Part shown: positions 1 to 11,322 of the stretch, piece after piece | Layout of the letters: every line of letters begins with the position of its first letter | How positions within the stretch are numbered: position 1 is the stretch's first letter | Origin: Phoronis australis | Lineage: Eukaryota > Animalia > Phoronida | Assembly (NCBI GenBank): GCA_002633005.1 | Contig: NMRA01000769.1 | Coordinates: forward strand, 93,991-157,990 | Reading direction: 5' to 3' | Length of the DNA: 64,000 nucleotides | Made by a program: the position numbers and the translations under genes | Notes under the pieces: model-generated | The model's input: the letters and a program-made list of their open reading frames with translations, nothing else | What the model was told of the DNA's origin: nothing | The model's database searches: none

Positions 1-165
1 ATTAGGCTACATTATGTATTCAAAAGCATCAAGATCGGTTCTCACTTCCCTCACAGGTAAACGCGACACCTCTCGGCGAGGTAAGATCGACTGTATACGA
101 TGTGATGTGGATACAGACAGATTCAGTTAGTAAAAAAGACTAATTAATTCGGGTGACATTCTCCT
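1..165 (-). mobile_element. End of a Kolobok-type DNA transposon (same family as 7413-9088)
   Basis: About 37-165 is the reverse complement of 7413-7545. It ends in ...gacattctcct followed by TTAA (166-169). Confidence 0.75.
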
Positions 166-319
166 TTAAGACAGTCGACTTCACGTTGTGTCTGTTTAAA
201 ATAAAGTTGACTGAATTGGAAAATAAAGCATTCAAGAATTAGATTATCCACAATTTCAGTTTGCAAAGCGTCCATTTTGACATCGAGTAATTTCCGTTTG
301 GATACTTTACCAGTTCTTT

Positions 320-516
320 TGTTCCGGTATTTGTTTCACTTCCGGCAAAGGAAACCGGTGCTCAACACTATCTCTGATATACTGAAAGTTGTATATAAGC
401 TAGTGTGTTTGAAAATGACATGCAGTCTGTTGCTTGGTTGACGAGCCTCACTTAAGTGGTGTAAAGGCAAAACGTCAAGAAAAACTTCAATAGTTCATCT
501 GGAATTCAAGGTAAGA
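320..516 (+). promoter_or_regulatory. Possible promoter and first non-coding exon of the 2804-4969 gene
   Basis: ETS-like ttccgg/cacttccgg motifs at about 322-346. Strong donor caag|gtaaga at 510/511. An acceptor ctgtttttcag ends at 2766, just before the ATG at 2804. The link between them is inferred. Confidence 0.3.
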
Positions 517-1207
517 AATGTGATTTTAGATGGCCTCATATGGCGAAATACAGCTCGCCAATGCGTCTTCCGACTTTAGCCGCCTAGTCGCCACGAAGTC
601 GCCAGATTTTTGCTTGTTGCAACCAAGTCAGCAGAGGTGGGAAAACCACGAATTCATCATTAATTCGCTTCAAAATTTGTGATAACTTCCAAACTCTAAA
701 ATTGGCAGCAATTTTCTCAACTAAATTTAGTTCACACTCGTTCTATTTGTTTCAAGAAATCAGTAAATCTGACACCCATTCTCGTCCCAAAGCTTCAAGA
801 TGGCGCAAATCAGTTAGCTACTTGAGGCTCGGTGAGGAGATATCCTTTGCGCTGACTGGCCGGCGTCGACTACGTTCACCCCTGACAAGAGCCACACATT
901 CAAATATTTGAATCAGCACGAATACTTAAATATCAGTTCTTGCAGATACCTGTCCTTACTTCTATTTTGAAGTAACAAATGTGATTAGTTTATCCAAAAA
1001 CTAAACAAAATCTAAACCCAGACTTAAACAATTTTCACAGACGTTGTTGCCGCTTCCATTCGTGATGCGGAAGCAGGCGATACTATTTTCGTCATTGCTT
1101 GAAATACAAGGTGCTCGCGTACTTATAGTCAATTCTGATGAAAAATATCCTGCTTTTGAATTCAAAATGTTTCAAGTTTTCAATGATCTAAATCTAAATT
1201 ACTTGAT

Positions 1208-1298
1208 GAATACAGCACATCTGTGACTTTTTGTATGATACTACAGCAAATTTCAGAATACAGCACATTTGTGACTTTTTGTGTGATACTACAGCAAG
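1208..1298. repeat. Two tandem copies of a ~48-bp unit
   Basis: gaatacagcacat(c/t)tgtgactttttgt(a/g)tgatactacagcaa occurs twice. Confidence 0.85.
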
Positions 1299-2803
1299 AG
1301 GTGAAAAAAATTAATATCTCTCGTGATATTCCGACGCATTCCGGAAAAACGGGTAAAAATTCTGACAAGTAAATTTCACTTCACAAAGCTTCAAGTGGCT
1401 AAACTGATGATCGCCATCTTGAGTGTCGGGGACGAGGCTGATATGACACCCCGTGCACACATCTGAGCACGCAGGACGTAAACAGAGAGTCGGAATTGCC
1501 GCAAAAAAATTCATATTAAAATTCGAATCCCTAAACTGTATGTCGTTATACTTTCAAATTCAATCTTGGTCAGAACACTGTATGCATAGGTGTGTGTTTA
1601 TGGCCGGTGTGTGTGCGTACATTTCAATAATGTAAATTACATATATTCTCATGACAACATTTTATTAATTTCTGTTTTGATTGCCCCATTGGAGGACAGA
1701 GGTCCTCCCGGCTACTTCTTTATGTGGTTATTCGTTAATATAAATTGACTGTACTTCGGGAGCAAGTTTTCTGTTATACAGAATTGTTAAATGCACGAGA
1801 CTTTTCATTGTTCACGGTCTTTATTCCGTTGCGTTCATACTTTCAGAACAAAGCTCTACTCTCAACTGAACACAGTAACTGACCTAGCAACATAATTAAA
1901 AGACATACGAAATTTCGAAACATACTTGTTTCATTCTCAAGTGAAGATGAAATGACGCAGTAATGCCACCACAGAGTATAAGCTGACGACACACACAGTG
2001 AGACACGGCGGGTGTGAAATTCTGCAAAGAATGACTAATGAAGGGAGGTAACAGGAAAGTCACGCAAACAAGTGTAACGTGCGGCGCGACCCTGTTTGCT
2101 GCTCATTTAAAACAGGCTTCTCATAAGCAATTAAAAGGGACTCTAATACTTTCAAACGCAGCCCTTCTTGCTCCACGTAGCGAATATAAATTATGTATAC
2201 ACGAATTTGTTATATCATTATATGCACTGGTCTGTTTATGTGATAATATTGATCACGCTACAGGAGAGAATGTCCGTCTAACCCACGCCGTAAAGTGTTT
2301 TAACTCACGACAGGTATTTTTGTATCAACATAAGGGTACGCAAGCGTTTGTAAGCGGTTGTCCGGGTGGTACATTTAAATAATAAAGGTCATGGAATGAC
2401 TAACGACAAAACAGAGGAAAATTTTTTACAAATAAATAGGCTTGTATGACTGAAACATTTTTATGATGTAAAATTTAATTGAAATGAACGTTTTTGCATG
2501 AATAAAGTAAAAAAAAAATGATAAAAAAAGAGACAAAAGAGGAGACTGGAAATCATATAAGAGGAAATCGAAACCAAACAAGAGGAAATCCCCTTAAAAG
2601 AGGAAAATTCCAAGCCCTGTACGCAAGGCCGAAATTTTAGGGGCGGGAGCATAATGTCGTCTTTCATAGACAACAAACTGTAGAATTTAAATAATGCAAA
2701 CGTTAAAGATAATTATAGTCACTATACGAAATCATCTTCAACAGCACTGTGCAATCTGTTTTTCAGGTAACACAAACGAGTGGTGAAGGATACCTGTTCT
2801 AAA

Positions 2804-4969
2804 ATGAAAGTGGCACCCTTTTGTCTGAGCCTTTTTGTCGTGTTTCCGGTTGTGACGTGCACAGCTGTAACTGAATCAGCGACGTCGTATATAAGAATTA
2901 CGTGGCTTTCCCCGTCGTTTAGAGAGAACAACGGAACTGGCTTCGCCGACAAAAGCACATCGACTATAATACCAGGATCTCGTGCAACTGAGAAGAAAAT
3001 GAAAGCAACATCTACGATAGGCGTGACAAGCTATTTCATAAATTGCACTGATGATGAAATGACGACCAACCTTTCAAAATTGGAATTCAAGGACGAAATA
3101 ATCTTTATTAGTTTGAAAGTTGAAAACGCGAGTGGTTCATACCCGACACAGTTTGTATGGGTCAAAAATAATCTAGGAAAAGCTTTTTTGTGCTGTTATG
3201 AGAAGTTCAAAAGCTATTCTTTGGTGCAAATTTTCCGTCAAAATTTCAAGATAGATTACATCAATGTTGCAGTATCATGCCAAAATGACAACGAGAAACA
3301 GATATTCGCAATGATGTTGCATCTGTTCACTAAGATGTTAAAGGATGAAGTAGTGATGAAGAGTTCGACATTATGCGTCCCTAATGTACACGGAAACTAT
3401 CGCTGTTGTCAACTTTTTGACTGGTCGAAGTGCGCTTTAATCAAAGGGCCACTCTTTGAAATTACAGTACTGCTTATTACTTCTGCGTGGCTATTTTTTT
3501 CTTATCCTTTAAGCGTATCGTTTTTGATCCCTCGACAGGAACAAAAAACAATCGTTGATGACAAAGAATATATCGGTCTAACTGAAGTAACTCCTCTGCG
3601 ATGGTCTCATCCCCTGCAGTTTTTTGTAATACACAAAAAAATCTCAATCATTTGTCGCATTGCTTTTATTATTTATGGCATTTGCTTTGTCTCGTGGGCT
3701 ATTTTATATTTTTTAAACTTCTTATCATATGAAACATATGTTGATACACACTTGTTTATATTTCTTTTAGCACTTTTTTTATACGTCGGAATACCTGTTT
3801 GGATAGATATTTGTAATACTATTCACGAAGGAATTTTACGGGGCTCTTATAGAAAAACGTTTGAAGCAAGTTGGTTCGAGCTGCCAGAAAACTTCAGGCT
3901 CAGGGGACGCGTACATTTTACGGATACAGTTCTTCACAGGGCATCGTTAATTGGTAAAGTTGCATTTTGGAAATATTGTGTAGCAGAAATACAGGGATCG
4001 CGTGAGAGACGTCAACGATGTTTGGGTTTATTTTTCACACTTTTACCATTGCCATTTTTTCTAGTCAGGTATCGTAGCCTGACAATTGGATTGAACCGCA
4101 AAAATCGCGGCCTTCTCTGGATTCTTCTTGTCCTTTTGCTACTGTATGTTGGTGTAAGTAGTCGCCTTCTTGCAGATTACTTAATGTATACTCTCAAAGG
4201 GTTAATTACAAATCATAAGGACATGCACGTAAACTATTTGTGTATTCTGTTTGGAGTACTCTTCGTTTTGAAAGTTTTAAGTAAAGGGAAACAACAATAC
4301 GTCAGTTACAAAAAAATAATATTCGAAAGCACCGAACACGTCTATCCTAGCATGTTTATTATAGAAGATGGTATGCCTTTTATACCTAAACAATTATACG
4401 ACCATGTAATTAACTCTTTGTTTCCTGTCGCCATGCACGAGATTATAGTTTTCAGTAAAATTGCCTTGGGCATGATTTTTTTTATAGTCACTAAAGAGAC
4501 TATAGATCAGTTTCGAATCGAATGGTCAGAACTGGGTGCTTCTGTTGTTTCGGCCCTCGCTTTTGCCATCCCAGGTATTTTGGAGTATTATAGCGTTGGG
4601 GATTCCATGAACGATTATCAACTAAAACATAAGGTTCAATATTGCATTAATGACTGGCTGAAAGAAAATATTATTGGTGTACCTCCACGCAAGCGGGATC
4701 AGGCACGAAGCACAGAAAATATCCGAGCACACCCTACTCCACCGATTAACCCCTTGTTCGGTCGTCAAAGTGTGTCTTTGCCACTTTTGATATCACGTAA
4801 TCCGCGTCGCACCGAAATCGACCGCAGAGCATCCGACTCCGTGTTAACCGACGGAACGTACTGGGGACGAGAGGACTCGGATGCGGTCAACTTTGTCCAG
4901 ACATGCTTGGTCTGTCACAGCGTACAGCAGCCAATCGATTCTCCTCAGGTGTCTTCACTAACGTACTGA
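2804..4969 (+). CDS. Uncharacterised multi-pass membrane protein (721 aa): signal peptide, Cys-rich glycosylated ectodomain, roughly 9-10 hydrophobic segments, polar tail
   Basis: 2.17-kb stop-free ORF. The first ATG is 2804 (the track start at 2780 is GTG). N-terminus MKVAPFCLSLFVVFPVVTCTA is signal-peptide-like. Sequons NGT, NCT, NLS, NAS. CC pairs precede the first TM. Many 20-aa hydrophobic stretches follow. Confidence 0.85.
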   Translation: MKVAPFCLSLFVVFPVVTCTAVTESATSYIRITWLSPSFRENNGTGFADKSTSTIIPGSRATEKKMKATSTIGVTSYFINCTDDEMTTNLSKLEFKDEIIFISLKVENASGSYPTQFVWVKNNLGKAFLCCYEKFKSYSLVQIFRQNFKIDYINVAVSCQNDNEKQIFAMMLHLFTKMLKDEVVMKSSTLCVPNVHGNYRCCQLFDWSKCALIKGPLFEITVLLITSAWLFFSYPLSVSFLIPRQEQKTIVDDKEYIGLTEVTPLRWSHPLQFFVIHKKISIICRIAFIIYGICFVSWAILYFLNFLSYETYVDTHLFIFLLALFLYVGIPVWIDICNTIHEGILRGSYRKTFEASWFELPENFRLRGRVHFTDTVLHRASLIGKVAFWKYCVAEIQGSRERRQRCLGLFFTLLPLPFFLVRYRSLTIGLNRKNRGLLWILLVLLLLYVGVSSRLLADYLMYTLKGLITNHKDMHVNYLCILFGVLFVLKVLSKGKQQYVSYKKIIFESTEHVYPSMFIIEDGMPFIPKQLYDHVINSLFPVAMHEIIVFSKIALGMIFFIVTKETIDQFRIEWSELGASVVSALAFAIPGILEYYSVGDSMNDYQLKHKVQYCINDWLKENIIGVPPRKRDQARSTENIRAHPTPPINPLFGRQSVSLPLLISRNPRRTEIDRRASDSVLTDGTYWGREDSDAVNFVQTCLVCHSVQQPIDSPQVSSLTY

Positions 4970-5126
4970 AAAAAGAGGTGACTATAGCTCCCTCCCCCAG
5001 CCCCCCATGGTGCTCCGCCCATGGCTTGGTGTTCACAATGTGTCTTTTGCCAATGCGAGTCTTCTGCATCTCATGCCCAGTAAAATTGGATATTTGTACA
5101 CCGCAGTTTTGCACCGACATAACCCG

Positions 5127-5258
5127 GCGTGCGTTCAGTAACGCTAGAACCTAGCTAAAATCTAGGTCAAAGTCACATGTTCAAATTCAAAATACACGGC
5201 AATGTCTCACGTAATCTCTCCAAGTCTTAGCGAGGTCCTAGCGTTACTGAACGAGGCT
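5127..5258. mobile_element. Small MITE-like inverted-repeat element
   Basis: Inverted termini cgttcagtaacgctag ... ctagcgttactgaacg. A diverged second copy lies at about 53443-53575. Confidence 0.65.
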
Positions 5259-5542
5259 CATTCGAGCCCACATGATTTACAACCTTCGTATGGAATGATT
5301 TCGCTGACAATTTTTTGTACAGTGTACTGTCGTTAATATCAATGACATTCTTGTATCAAATACGGTATACCTCTCACCGTGTGATGTTACATTTTTTCCT
5401 TTAGCAAGTTTTATAAATAGCATAATAACACGTATATTTTTTCTTGACCACAATTCTGTTTATCCTGTGTCAGCTTGCTTACAGCGCTAACTATTATTTG
5501 ACAGAATAACTTGTAATTTTTAAAGGTTACTGTATAGCGTAG

Positions 5543-5782
5543 CAGTGGCAGATCTACGATTTCAGTAAGGGGGGGGGGTTTAGGATTCCAGAGAATCCGA
5601 GGCGCGTAGCGCCGAGGGGAAGGAGGGTCGCGAGAGGGTTTCCCTCCTCCGGTGTAAGATTTTTTGGGATTTTTATTAGCTAATTTCGTTTTTCTGGCGA
5701 TTTTTTTTCCAGTTTTTATTTTTGATCCTGTCCCGAGGGGGGGGGGTTAAACCCCCTGAACCCCCCTGTAGATCCGCCTCTG
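5543..5782. mobile_element. hAT-like MITE with 5-bp TSD
   Basis: TIRs cagtggcagatctac / gtagatccgcctctg, flanked on both sides by cgtag (5538-5542, 5783-5787). Confidence 0.85.
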
Positions 5783-5999
5783 CGTAGTATACAAATTTGT
5801 TAAGCGTTATTGTGTTCATCTTAAAGTTCGTTTGGCTTTCACTAGTTTTATGATGAGTAGTCTGTTTGCGCCTAAAGACCGCTTAACTTTGTTCACACGC
5901 TCGCACGCATCACTGTGGTGCCTGTTATACTGGCGAAACGCGTCGATATCTGAATACACGTGTATATCTGGGCATTTGTCTAAATGAAGTTCTAACATT

Positions 6000-6330
6000 C
6001 AAACAAGAATTATCATCCAGTATGTATGTCAGAATACTCAATGTCCAGTTTTAGTATCTTGGATAGTGCGAGGACAGACTATGGACTTGTATATTCGGTT
6101 GTTAATGCTTTCCTGAATGTGCAAGTGGATCACCTGGTTCTCACACTGTTTTGAGGTTATTGTCTAGAATAGGCTTGTTTACCTTTGTGTCTCACACCTG
6201 CATGACCTTTTACTTGTGACCTTGACCTTGCTGGTTCTTGTACCTTTGTGACTGAGGAGTGCAACTCGAAATATGTCAGGAATATGAAATTGTATACTAT
6301 TTGGCTATTTATTAAATATTTCATTTAAAT
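6000..6330 (+). mobile_element. Decayed 3' end of a Penelope-like retroelement
   Basis: Reads SILDSARTDYGL...LNVQVDHLVLTLF*, resembling PLE GIY-YIG C-termini. It is followed by a degenerate hammerhead-like motif ctgagga...ctcgaaatatgtc at about 6250-6280. Confidence 0.45.
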
Positions 6331-6760
6331 TTTGTTGTGTCCTTAAATTACTTTAACAGGTGTTTTAAAACAATTATTTCGTTGACAATTTATCATTGCA
6401 GAGTGGCTGAAAAAACATTTAATGCTAACAAAATAAATTGGTATAATGTTTAAGTGGTGAATCCAGAAGAATTATTTAGGGAATTAACATCTACCCCTAT
6501 TTATCAAAGTAGTTTGCTAGTTGAATTAGCTGTGTGGTAAACATTAAATGTTCACAATTGGTTTACTAGGAATGTTTCTCTGTAAAATGCTTGAATCACA
6601 TACATGTACTAAATTTCAAGTTCCCGTTTTCAAATATACTATGTAAGAACTACAGACGAAAAATAAAGGTTATTTAATGACAAACCCGTTCTCTAGCATC
6701 CAGTCAGCCAGTCAGTTGTCAGTTGTGAACTCACTGCAATGAAACGAACAAAATGTATCA

Positions 6761-6930
6761 CATGCGCGCACCCTGAGGGGGGGGGGCTCGTTCGAGCCCC
6801 CATTTGGCAAAGCTGGCAAAAAAGTCCACTTCAGAGAAACAAAAAGTCCGAGAAAACGAGTTCTGAAGGTGGTCTTGCCGCTTTTTTGTCAGAAAAAGGT
6901 CCACATCGCCAGAAATTCGAGCCCCATATT
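6761..6930. mobile_element. Truncated MITE of the catgcgcgcaccc family
   Basis: Terminus catgcgcgcaccc plus G-run matches, in reverse orientation, the element at 55784-56038. Confidence 0.6.
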
Positions 6931-7412
6931 AAAGCTATGTTTACATCAACTTTTACAGGAGCTGTACATGGATTATGCTTCACAAACCATACATTAAAGG
7001 ATTTTTTAAGAAAACTTTTACAGCGACCATCGATACAGTTCACTGATGGTCATGCAGTAGAAATATTTGTAAAGTTCACAACAAAACTTAAGCAGTTGCC
7101 CATGAAGTGCAGAGAATGTTGTTCATGCATGCTGCATCGGACTGTTCTGGGGATCAAAAGCCTTTCTCAAATCAAAGAAATTCATAATCCACAGTAAAAT
7201 GGCCACAAAGGCCAGGAGCACTGAGCCAAACTAAATATTTTTACCAGAGTGCCATTCATTCAGCAACACCTGCATTCTACATTAGAAAACCATGCATTGT
7301 TATGTATGGTTATGGTACTGATAAACAGATGGCGCTCGTGGCCATCGCGTTGTAAGTACGAACAGAGACCGTAGCGTCTTTGGTACGAAAGAATATGCCG
7401 GCGAGGTATTAA

Positions 7413-9088
7413 AGGAGAATGCCACCCGATTTAATTAGTCTTTTTTGCCGTCTTAATCGGTCTATATCCACATCGCCTCGCATACGGTCGACCTTACCTT
7501 GCCCAGAGGTGTCGCGTTAACCTGTGAGGAAGGTGAGAAACGACGCTAGCGACGTCAGTGGTTCATATGCAGAGTGAATGCCGCTATGTTGCGGTGCATC
7601 GTTCCCGCTTGTTCGCACTAAGCAGCTGCGAGGAAAACGGGTATATCGTTTTTTTTTAATTCCTCGAGAGTCCGAAATGTTTAGGAAGTGGCTCATGGTA
7701 GTGAAGAATGAAATGTACGCTGTAAATAGCAAGTATGAGGCCGTGAAACATCTCCGTGTCTGTGGCCTACAGACGTCGACAGTGGCCTGACGAATGCCGG
7801 CTTACCAAATAACTCCATACGTTCCGTTGCTTGAGCTTGTTCAAGCGCCTCTCTAGTATTTCTTCATCACTGCATTCCTGTTCGAATTGATAGCCTGTAA
7901 ATTTAACGATTCACCTGCGAAGTCGGGACTGATCGAGCTCTAGCTCGTCCTAAGTCGGGATTGCGAGTTGCCATGTTTGTATATTACTGAGCGTTCTGTT
8001 TCAAAATGAATTATTCTCACCCTAACCAATACTTATATAAAACTCAAACAAAGTCTGTCTCATTAGATGCAATTTGTAATGCCTTTGGAGTGTTCGTGAG
8101 TGCAAATGATTTGAGAAGCCAGCAATGAATAAATCTATGCGTTACTAGATTTAGGTGCAATAAAACTAATTGACGGGACACCGACGGAGGCCGTGTGAGC
8201 TCATGCTAATTTAGTGTTTGCTTGCAGAAATTGTTGTGAAGCGACTCGATTTCCATCCCACGGCCAGGTGTTAGGGGAATCTTTATTTATATTTGCATTA
8301 CTCATGATTGTCAATGTACAACTTCTGCCCTGACGGTGCTGTGGCTAAAGCGGAACCTGAATTCGCGGCTCCCGACGAGTAAGTAGATTTGCAGTTTCGT
8401 GGCTAATTCACCAACATAATTACCGTGCACCATACTTTGGGTCACTAGTATAGTATTTTTGACTGCAAAAGTTTAGTTTCCACTGAACTTTGGCTGGTTC
8501 ATGTTCGTGATGTCTGATCAGTTTCCGAGCCACTGGCCGGGATAACGGCGGAGTCAATCCGGCCGGCCGCGACGGGCCTGATCGGGCTCCGGGCCACTGG
8601 CCAGGATAACAAGAGTTTTGTGTTTAGAACTCAAAATCACAAGTCTAAAAAACACAGATCTAGGTTTTCCTGTCTGTATCTCACGGAAAATACTTCGAAA
8701 TTATCTCCGAACAGACCCAAACTCCTGCTACGGACCTTATTGGCCTGCCGAACTTTGTAGGCTACGGTGTGTCCAAATACCAATAAATCCGTATGAGCGA
8801 GTAAAACAACACGTTTTTATAAGAACTCGGTGTATTTTCAAGGGTTTTACATCAATGTTTGATGATTTATTGGTGTTAAACGATGACTTCAAGCGATAAG
8901 CTGACACCAGTAACCCGTGTTGTGAACTGCTGAACAGACTGCGTGTGAAACCGATGACGTCATTGGATAATTTCAACACCTCCGTCTGCCTTCAGGTGTC
9001 AGGTAACGCAACCGTACGTGTCGTTATGGAGTAGAACTACTCGATCTAAATTGATACAAATTAGGTTGTTTTTAGGTGGTATGCTCCT
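7413..9088 (+). mobile_element. Non-autonomous Kolobok-type DNA transposon with THAP-domain remnant
   Basis: TTAA on both sides (7409-7412, 9089-9092). Imperfect TIRs aggagaatgccacc / ggtggtatgctcct. Internal ORF 7578-7790 (MPLCCG...FFLIP...KW...RVCG) has THAP zinc-finger spacing. Confidence 0.8.
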
Positions 9089-9214
9089 TTAAGTGGCACA
9101 TAACATTTAGGCTGCGACCGCACTTAGGCCAAGTTTGGGGGCATTTTGTAGGCGGGCATTGCATGTAGGCTCAGTGAATGTGGTGTGTTTGTATTTGTGC
9201 ACATGTTGTGAATA

Positions 9215-9710
9215 CAGTGGCGGATCTAGGATATCACAAGGGGGGGCAACATTTTGTCCGGCTGTAAGCATTTGTGCCAACCACGATTGTAGATGCGCAT
9301 AAAGCCGAATTGGGGGAGCATACCCCACTCCCGCCAAGGAAATGTTTCTGTTTTTTCCTCTAAAAATCAAGCATTTTCCATGATTCCTGAAGTATTATCC
9401 AAGAAAAAAAACACGGAGAACGTGTCAAACAGGAAAAACTGCATGTACCAGAGACTGGAACCCACAACTGGCGGACAGAGCGCGCGTGCTTTACCGCTAC
9501 ACCACCACGACAAACTGCTAATCTCATACTAAGAGACCTACTTGTTTATCGTCCACAGCGTTTGGGTGCGAAAACTACTTCTTTTTGTAATGCTTATTAC
9601 ACGTTTTATATTTTGTGCAATCGGTTCTTAACAATTTTTTTGTATTTAAAATAGTCTTCAAATGCCCAAAAAACCAAATCCGTTTTTCGTGCTGGCAATA
9701 ATGACGGGAT
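9215..9710. mobile_element. Truncated copy of the ~1-kb hAT-like (5-bp TSD) element
   Basis: Starts with cagtggcggatctaggatatcacaag and is collinear with 44859-45390. The other terminus is missing. Confidence 0.85.
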
Positions 9711-11119
9711 TAGGCTAGGCAATGACCATCGCCTCTGTTGGCCCGAACCAGAGGCGATGCAGCTCCTATAGGCGCTCTGTACGCCGGAAGCTTTTCGGCG
9801 AATTATGCCTCGCACCATAGACTATATAATCTATGCTCGCACCGACTAAACCATCAAAGTCACGTTGTTATAAATACCTTATGCGCATAGAAGAACACCT
9901 TAGGAGGTTGTCGATGGGTGTAATTCCTTCCAACTCGAACAACGTCATGCGGGTCGACCAGTAAATGCTCGAGATCAGGTAACTAAAAGAATACCAAGCC
10001 CAGTTGTTAAAAGCGATTTCAATCTAGTCCTGTGAAACAAAATAATAACTAATGATTTTAGGCAAATTACACGGCATTTGTGGCGAAAGACTACCCAATA
10101 TGTCACAGTTAGCTAAGTCCTGCTTTTATTTCTCGAGTGGGACGCCAATGGCGTATTATTAGGGGAAAGAACGAAGATTGGTTTAAATCACCAAAAAAGG
10201 GTTCAGTATCCTTTTAACATACCGTCAGGTAGTGTTTGCGGGTGTTTTACTTTGACAGCTGATCGACAGTTTTTTCTTTTTGATATAAATTGGTGATTTT
10301 ATTACGTCTTTGGCTCACTTCTTCAATATCACGTGCAAGGTGAATCGTTGAGTAACGTTGTCGCATACGAAATGATTACCGGTACATTAACAAGCATACG
10401 TGGGCTTCAAATTAGGCAAAACAGGAAGAAAACGTTATTGTGCGACATAAAATTAACAAACATAATGTAAATTTCTTAGTTTCAACCAAGCGCTCATGGA
10501 GAAATTTCGGGTCAATCAAATGCCCAAGCTTGGTTTTTAAATCCTTCCCACGGGATGTATGATTCGATCTGGAACGACAAGCCCATACTCCTCCGCCTTT
10601 TGTGGTAGTTTGCAGCTGTTCCGCCTACCTAATTAAATGGAATTTACCGGGCGACGGTGCCGTGTAATAGATTCGATAAAAGCTAGATAACCTCGAAATA
10701 AATCTTCATCGCTAACATTTATCTGCAGTAAAAAGTTCATCCTGTCGATTTTGCAGCTCTAGTCGTCTACGAATAGCTGTCATTTCCCACACAGGTAAAA
10801 TGGAAACATGTTCATATCTAACAACCTGAATGTGCCAAAGAGAAAATTTGCTGTGCGAAATTTAGGAGTTATTTCGTTTCATTGATGTATAATTGAAAAC
10901 GATATTATCCATTTTGAAATGATGCTACACGCCGGAGAAAGGTTAAGTCAATGAGAGTTCTTCAGCAGTAAAACCTGCTGGTGGACAAGACAATAGAAAT
11001 ACTCGCCTAGCTACTACCTAACACGATAAGAGAGGAAGATACAAGCAATGTTCATGAGGGCACTCAGTCTTAAAAATGGGAGGCTCCAATTTTTGAGAAT
11101 ATGGATCTTTTACAAAATT

Positions 11120-11322
11120 CACGGGGTACAATTAGAGCTATGAATTGTGCATTCGCCCAATTTTCTTAGCTCCTGCCGTTTTAGTGGACATTTGTCTCGT
11201 TTTCTACTTTTTTCGGGGTATTTTTTAATAATTGTTTCTCTGAGGTAGACTTTTCTGCTCACCTCGACAAATAGGGGGAGTGGTTTGTTAGAGCCCCCCG
11301 AGCTCCCGTGGGTGCGCGCGTG
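11120..11322. mobile_element. Old MITE of the catgcgcgcaccc family
   Basis: Right end gggtgcgcgcgtg. Flanks aaatt / aagtt look like a decayed 5-bp TSD. Confidence 0.5.

Noticed and set aside
2780-2803. ORF-track start for the 729-aa protein
   Set aside because: It is a GTG. The first ATG at 2804 gives a proper signal peptide in a eukaryote.
165-7413. Composite transposon carrying the membrane-protein gene
   Set aside because: Both Kolobok ends point away from the gene, so it lies outside both elements.
7578-7790. Host THAP-domain gene
   Set aside because: Truncated, lacks the final His-Phe of the THAP motif, and lies inside a TTAA-flanked transposon.
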